Below, piece after piece: positions 59,527 through 64,000 of a stretch of 64,000 nucleotides of DNA. Source of the stretch: Planctomycetota bacterium (GTDB lineage Bacteria; Planctomycetota; Phycisphaerae; UBA1845); NCBI GenBank assembly GCA_043806315.1, contig JAZDHF010000266.1, positions 7,560-71,559 on the forward strand, read 5' to 3'. A model generated the notes under the pieces. That model was not told the origin of the DNA and did no database searches. It saw only the letters and a list, made by a program, of their open reading frames with translations. The position numbers and the translations under genes were made by a program. Every line of letters begins with the position of its first letter. Position 1 is the first letter of the stretch.

Positions 59527-59741
59527 AAACCAAAGACCTATTGCGCGCGTTCCGGCGGGGCTGTAGACCGCTCCTGTCCTGGAACCGGGCAGAGTACCAG
59601 GACTGCAACACTAGGCTGGTGTGCGGTCGTTGCGGACGCTGTATCCTGCACTGCACTTGCCCACCACCTGAGATGCGCTTTCGGGACCGCGAAAATAAAT
59701 CGCTTGAAAAGCGCGCAAGCGGTTGTATGATGGAAGTGTAG
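59523..59741 (+). CDS. Cys-rich protein (72 aa)
   Basis: ATGA overlap at the start. Contains VCGRCGRCILHCTC. Confidence 0.55.
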   Translation: MKTKDLLRAFRRGCRPLLSWNRAEYQDCNTRLVCGRCGRCILHCTCPPPEMRFRDRENKSLEKRASGCMMEV

Positions 59742-59777
59742 CCGCACCCCGGCGCGGACAAGACGGGGAAAGGGGAA

Positions 59778-60380
59778 ATGATGGGCGAATACGCAATACG
59801 AAAATCCGATCAAACCGAAATCAAGATCGGAACCTGCGAGAGTATGTACTATCTGCGATACGAAGACCGCGCCAACGTGGAACCGCTAACTGGGAATGTC
59901 GATCCGCTGAGAGATGCGGAGAGGCTGCGTTTCCGGTTGCCATTCCCGGATGAGGACGGGGTTCCTCCGGGGCAGTATACCCCATACAACCGGGGCGTCC
60001 GCCTCACCCGTAAACGCGGCGAGGGCCAGCGGGAATACTGGGAAGACTTCGCGGACGAAACCACAGTCGAGAATCCGGGTATCGTACAACTCCACCACGA
60101 GAGCGGGTTGCTCCTGAACGTGCCCTGCTACCACGGGCACAAGTTACCCGACGTGACCGACTCCATGAAGGCCTTTTGGAACGGCAAATCTCACTCGTTG
60201 GAGTTATCCCAACTCCGGCCCGTGGGGGTGAACGGGGACACCCAAGTCTGGCCGATTGTGCGTTGCCGTCACTGTGGGCAAGCGTGGCGTTACCAATGGG
60301 CCGACGTGTGGGATTATATCCCGGACGATTTGCGGAAGCGTTTGGCTGTGTACGCGGGCCTCAACGAAGCGACCGCCTGA
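59778..60380 (+). CDS. hypothetical protein (200 aa) with C-terminal CRHC
   Basis: ORF with a GGGGAAAGGGG SD region upstream. Confidence 0.7.
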   Translation: MMGEYAIRKSDQTEIKIGTCESMYYLRYEDRANVEPLTGNVDPLRDAERLRFRLPFPDEDGVPPGQYTPYNRGVRLTRKRGEGQREYWEDFADETTVENPGIVQLHHESGLLLNVPCYHGHKLPDVTDSMKAFWNGKSHSLELSQLRPVGVNGDTQVWPIVRCRHCGQAWRYQWADVWDYIPDDLRKRLAVYAGLNEATA

Positions 60381-60385
60381 TCGTT

Positions 60386-60610
60386 ATGAGCAAACTCCGC
60401 CCCGAGTCCCCGCTGGTGCGCGAGACTGCGGCGACCTACCGGGGGCGCTCGATCATGGTCGAGCTCTCCCCGCACTGCTTGACGCTGCGGCTCAAGCGCC
60501 ACAAGCACAGCGTTACTGTGACGTGGGAAACCGTGCTCGCGCTCGGTTACAAGATCCTCGCGCGCTCCGAGATGGCAGAGCGGAAAACGAAACGAAAGGG
60601 GAAACGATGA
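60386..60610 (+). CDS. hypothetical basic protein (74 aa)
   Basis: ATG at 60386, 6 nt after the previous stop. It lies inside track ORF 60176..60610. Confidence 0.55.
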   Translation: MSKLRPESPLVRETAATYRGRSIMVELSPHCLTLRLKRHKHSVTVTWETVLALGYKILARSEMAERKTKRKGKR

Positions 60611-60798
60611 AGAAAATCAGCCAGGCACTACTGAGCGCCTACGCCCGCATCCTGGGCAGCATCGGCGGCAAGGCCGGAAGCCGAGCCGACAAGGTCCGCG
60701 CGTGCCAGATCGGAAATGCGATGCTCACGCCGGAAGAGAGAACGGCGCGAGCGCGGAAAGCTGGTCTGGCGAGCGCGAAGGCGCGGAGGCGAGCATGA
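60607..60798 (+). CDS. hypothetical basic protein (63 aa)
   Basis: ATGA overlap at 60607-60610. Confidence 0.55.
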   Translation: MKKISQALLSAYARILGSIGGKAGSRADKVRACQIGNAMLTPEERTARARKAGLASAKARRRA

Positions 60799-61034
60799 CC
60801 GACCGCGAGCGCCTGCGCTGGGAATGCCAACGCCACCTGGACCGGCGGCCCATCACGGGCCGCGAATCCGGCCCGGCGGCATGGCTGGCGATCCTCGTGG
60901 GCTTGGCTCTGGCGGTCGCGGTCCTGTGGGGCCTCGGGCGCCTAGCGCCGCTGATCCCGCCCAGCCTGGTACTTGGCGGGTTTTCGCTGGCGGGGCTTGT
61001 CGCCGCCGGCTGGCTGTGGCTGAGATTGAGGTAA
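60795..61034 (+). CDS. membrane protein (79 aa, 2 TM)
   Basis: ATGA overlap at 60795-60798. Hydrophobic segments are AAWLAILVGLALAVAVLWGL and LVLGGFSLAGLVAAGWLWL. Confidence 0.55.
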   Translation: MTDRERLRWECQRHLDRRPITGRESGPAAWLAILVGLALAVAVLWGLGRLAPLIPPSLVLGGFSLAGLVAAGWLWLRLR

Positions 61035-61083
61035 CCTCACGCGCCAGGCGGGCGCGGGTAAGACAGGGACGGAGCGCAAGAAA

Positions 61084-61320
61084 ATGGAATACCGAATCAC
61101 CATAACCGAATGCACAGATCGCGGCGAGCAGCTCCCGATCTGGGCCAAGACCGTAGCGGCAGGCAACCCCAATGCGGCCGCAAAGTTGGCAAACGGGATG
61201 TTTAAGGGCCACGGCTGGGCGCCACGCCTCTACCGTGCGGCCGTACAGCTCCAGGATCAGCCCAAACGCTGGATAGCCTGGCTAAACGGCACGTATCGGA
61301 TGGATATTGAGATTGCCTAG
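61084..61320 (+). CDS. hypothetical protein (78 aa)
   Basis: ORF. Confidence 0.6.
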   Translation: MEYRITITECTDRGEQLPIWAKTVAAGNPNAAAKLANGMFKGHGWAPRLYRAAVQLQDQPKRWIAWLNGTYRMDIEIA

Positions 61321-61381
61321 CCCCCGCCCGCTTCAGGCGCTGCCAAGAGCGCCTGGGTGTGGGCAGGAAAGAGGAGGAAAC

Positions 61382-61669
61382 ATGGAAGATATGAAAGGAC
61401 CGCATAATGGGCCATGGGAAACGCCCGGTACTGACGGGCCTGATAGAGTTGTCTCATTCCGGGACAGAACCGGCAAGCGCCGCACGTTGGCTCATGTACA
61501 CGGGCGCACGAATGCCGAAAGGGACGCCAACGCCCGGCTGATAGCGGTCGCGCCAGACATGCTGGCGGCGCTGGAAGCCTGGCTCGCTCCGGATCACACT
61601 CCGGAAACCTACGATGCTGCGTTGCGCCTAGCTCACGCGGCACGCGCCAAGGCCAGGGGGGCCGCATGA
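61382..61669 (+). CDS. hypothetical protein (95 aa)
   Basis: ATG at 61382 preceded by AAGAGGAGGAAAC. The track ORF begins at 61307. Confidence 0.55.
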   Translation: MEDMKGPHNGPWETPGTDGPDRVVSFRDRTGKRRTLAHVHGRTNAERDANARLIAVAPDMLAALEAWLAPDHTPETYDAALRLAHAARAKARGAA

Positions 61670-61839
61670 AGAAATCCGAGGTCGTGATCGGCGCGACGTA
61701 CCGCGCCAAAGTCAGCGGGCGGATGGTCAACGTCCGCATCACGGGGTACTCAGTCTACGGCGGGTGGACCGCGACCAGCCTACAGACCGGGCACGCGGTC
61801 CGCATCAAGACCGCGGCGCGGCTGAGGGGGAAGGTCTAA
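61666..61839 (+). CDS. hypothetical small protein (57 aa)
   Basis: Not in the track. ATGA overlap at 61666-61669. Product is [57 protein letters not shown]. Confidence 0.5.
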   Translation: MKKSEVVIGATYRAKVSGRMVNVRITGYSVYGGWTATSLQTGHAVRIKTAARLRGKV

Positions 61840-61856
61840 TCTTGACCTTTTCGTTA
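61831..61856 (+). terminator. weak intrinsic terminator at the end of the rightward block
   Basis: AAGGTC-taatctt-GACCTT followed by TTTCGTT. It spans the stop codon, at the convergence point with the minus-strand genes. Confidence 0.4.
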
Positions 61857-61928
61857 CGCGCCGTATAACGAATCGGTACAGATTCAACCACGCGCAACAT
61901 CCTTCGCCGACGTGCTAATTGAGTCTGC

Positions 61929-62441
61929 CTATGCCCGCGTTGACGCCTTGGCCGCTCTACGCACCGAGCTGACTAGTAATTCCGCCCGGTTGGCCGCCCG
62001 CGTCGCCTGGCGCTTAACCTCGGCACTTCTAGCCGCCGCCTCGCACATGGCATCGCGCTTTCGGGTCGGGAAGGGCGGCGCGGCCTCCGGGAGCGGCCGG
62101 ATCGGGATATCCACTTCGACCGCCGCAGCCCCGAAGAACATCTCGGGGCCAAACATTTCCAGCCGCTCACCGTCAGGTCGTACCAGCCGCACCTTCCAGC
62201 CATCCGCCGGCGATCTTGTGCGGTAACCCTCAGCCTCCAGGCCGTTGAACTCCGACACCCGGCACCGGATCACCACCAAGGCGCGCGTGCCGAGTTGGTC
62301 GGGGCGCCAATGACGCCGGATGGGTCCGGGCGCTAGGATGCTTGCTGTTTTTGGCCCGCGCGAAAGAACCGGATTACGCCGCGGGCGACCATTCACCGGC
62401 ACGCCCTTGGCGAGTAGCGCGGCCCGAATGGCGGGTCTCAT
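61929..62441 (-). CDS. hypothetical protein (170 aa)
   Basis: ORF with an ATGA overlap with the upstream gene. Confidence 0.6.
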   Translation of the reverse strand: MRPAIRAALLAKGVPVNGRPRRNPVLSRGPKTASILAPGPIRRHWRPDQLGTRALVVIRCRVSEFNGLEAEGYRTRSPADGWKVRLVRPDGERLEMFGPEMFFGAAAVEVDIPIRPLPEAAPPFPTRKRDAMCEAAARSAEVKRQATRAANRAELLVSSVRRAAKASTRA

Positions 62442-62710
62442 TTCAACCTGTCCGCTCCGCGTTCGGTGGCTACGGCGATCCGCACTAGGGCGTCCGCTAT
62501 CCGCTCAAGCTGGCGCGTGCAGTCGGGCTGTATGGCGGGAGAGGTTTGCGAGACGACGGACGGTCGCCCTCGCGGCGGCGGAGGTGGCGGGTCACACTGC
62601 GGCCTATTGTATAGCACAGGCGTGCCAGAGCACTGGTGCGGGATACCCTCCGCTATCGGCCCACCGCACGACTGGCAGGCGAAGGTTACGTTCGGCTCTC
62701 CGCTCATCAT
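62438..62710 (-). CDS. hypothetical protein with CQSC and a Pro-rich linker (90 aa)
   Basis: ORF with 4-nt overlaps on both sides. Confidence 0.55.
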   Translation of the reverse strand: MMSGEPNVTFACQSCGGPIAEGIPHQCSGTPVLYNRPQCDPPPPPPRGRPSVVSQTSPAIQPDCTRQLERIADALVRIAVATERGADRLK

Positions 62711-62970
62711 GTTTCTCCTTTCCCGCGCTCCCGCGCGGCAATCAGCCTATCAAGAGCGGCCCGTAAGCCCAGCGGGTTCGAGAGTGCATCGAACAGTTCG
62801 CCGGGCCGGAGTTTGGCGAGACAGTCCAGACGCGTCTGTTCGGTCTCTAGGGCCAGGACGAGTTCCTCAGCGATTCCGAACAGTGGCTTCCGCGCGAGTT
62901 CATCGGGCGTAAAGGCGCGAGTATGATTGTGCAACGCCTCCCGAACCTCCGCCAGCCGTTCCGGGGTCAT
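62707..62970 (-). CDS. hypothetical helical protein (87 aa)
   Basis: ORF with 4-nt overlaps on both sides. Confidence 0.6.
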   Translation of the reverse strand: MTPERLAEVREALHNHTRAFTPDELARKPLFGIAEELVLALETEQTRLDCLAKLRPGELFDALSNPLGLRAALDRLIAARERGKGET

Positions 62971-63188
62971 GGGCGCACCTCACCCACGATCCGGACAATC
63001 TCGGAAACGGCATCATCCAGACATGCGACGTGCGCCCGCCGACCGCGACCGCCGTCGTAGTATCTATTTCCGGCCACGATATCGGTGTTGCAAATATCGC
63101 AGTAGTTCAGGTACATGCACGTTCGGATGGGTCGCAGGCGGAGTTTCATGACTTGCTTCAAGGTGAGCGGTTTAGTTTTCACTTCCAT
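62967..63188 (-). CDS. hypothetical Cys-containing protein (73 aa)
   Basis: ORF that overlaps the helicase 3' end by 17 nt. Confidence 0.55.
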   Translation of the reverse strand: MEVKTKPLTLKQVMKLRLRPIRTCMYLNYCDICNTDIVAGNRYYDGGRGRRAHVACLDDAVSEIVRIVGEVRP

Positions 63189-64000
63189 ATTCCTGTTCCT
63201 TTGCTGTCAATTCAAACCGGGTGAATCGTTTAAAATGCGATAGTTCTAAGTACAATCCGGTCAGGCCATACCGATTCTTACCGAGTTTCAGCCACGTCTT
63301 AACCGGGCCTTTTGCGAATGTCGAACTTGCTAAGGTTCGCTCTACATCTTCCTTGTCTGGGTATAGTAAGAACACCGCCGCAGCGTCTTCTTCGATAGCT
63401 CCAGACCCACGCAAGTCCGATACTTCCGGTTCAACCCGGTGTTGGTGCGCGGCGTTGCGACTTGTTTGGGAAACCAGGAGGATAGGGCAGTCAATGGCTT
63501 TCGCCGTGTCCTTCATCGCGCGAGAAATGGCCGTGAACTTCTCATAATCTCCCCGCACACTTCCGGTCGTCGCCATCAATTGCATGTGGTCTACGATAAC
63601 GAGGTCGATCCGCTCGTTTTTCTTCAGCCGTTGGCACTCTTCGACCAGATACTCGGGAGTGACCCCGCACCTGACGTTCACCAGTAGACGATATTGCATC
63701 AGTTCCCGGCAAGCGGCAGACAATTCTTTCGCATCGGCGTCCACAAGCCCACCGCGGCGTTGAGCCAACTGGTACTCCAATAGATCAACCTTCGCTTCAA
63801 TCGCCACAAGGCGTTGAAACACGTCACGCCAGCCCATCTCCAGGGAATACATGAGTACACCGTGGCGCTTTCGGATGGCCGTCAGAGCGAACTGAAGCGC
63901 AAGACTTGTTTTCCCGGTTCCCTGATCGGCCCCGAGAACGTAGACTTCGCCGGCCCGCATCCCACCGCCGAGTGCGGACGTAAGTTTTGAAAACGGTGTC
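63172..64000 (-). CDS. dnaB: DnaB-family replicative helicase, C-terminal RecA-like domain (5' end outside the window)
   Basis: Walker A GADQGTGKTS, then YSLEM, Walker B LVIVDHMQLM, LLVSQTSRN and DLRGSGAIEEDAAAVFLLY. The frame stays open through ...LTSALGGG to position 64000. Confidence 0.85.
   Translation of the reverse strand, partial: TPFSKLTSALGGGMRAGEVYVLGADQGTGKTSLALQFALTAIRKRHGVLMYSLEMGWRDVFQRLVAIEAKVDLLEYQLAQRRGGLVDADAKELSAACRELMQYRLLVNVRCGVTPEYLVEECQRLKKNERIDLVIVDHMQLMATTGSVRGDYEKFTAISRAMKDTAKAIDCPILLVSQTSRNAAHQHRVEPEVSDLRGSGAIEEDAAAVFLLYPDKEDVERTLASSTFAKGPVKTWLKLGKNRYGLTGLYLELSHFKRFTRFELTAKEQEYGSEN

Noticed and set aside
1-64000. Search for integrase, excisionase, att sites, CRISPR arrays, transposases and toxin-antitoxin pairs.
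   Set aside because: None was recognised by eye in any listed ORF or repeat. Whether the element is a prophage or a lytic phage cannot be decided from this window.

Overview
GC-rich 64-kb window that reads as one contiguous tailed-phage or prophage genome segment. I see no host genes, rRNA, CRISPR array, integrase or transposase. Coordinates 1-57216 are almost entirely minus-strand genes. Reading right to left: a TerS-like gene, a winged-helix regulator, a sigma-70-family sigma-factor operon, TerL, portal, scaffold, a decoration-like protein and an HK97-type major capsid protein. About 30 kb of tailspike, fibre, adaptor-like and internal (ejection-type) proteins follow, including a 2229-aa giant. 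Next come a lysis cassette whose GH24 endolysin is interrupted by a full-length intein, more fibre-like genes, a tRNA-Pro, a Mom-family DNA-modification gene and about 7 kb of small early genes. 57477-61839 is a plus-strand block of small genes with an RFC/clamp-loader-like AAA+ ATPase. 61929-64000 returns to the minus strand and ends in a DnaB-type helicase that runs off the window. No tail tube, sheath or tape-measure gene is recognisable, so a podovirus-like virion is the best guess. Gene starts were refined by hand from more than 40 ATGA/TGATG/GTGA stop-start overlaps, SD motifs and a few hand-counted codon-position GC samples. The provided ORF track also opens ORFs at GTG and TTG. Functional calls rest on motif recognition by eye and have not been checked by any database search.
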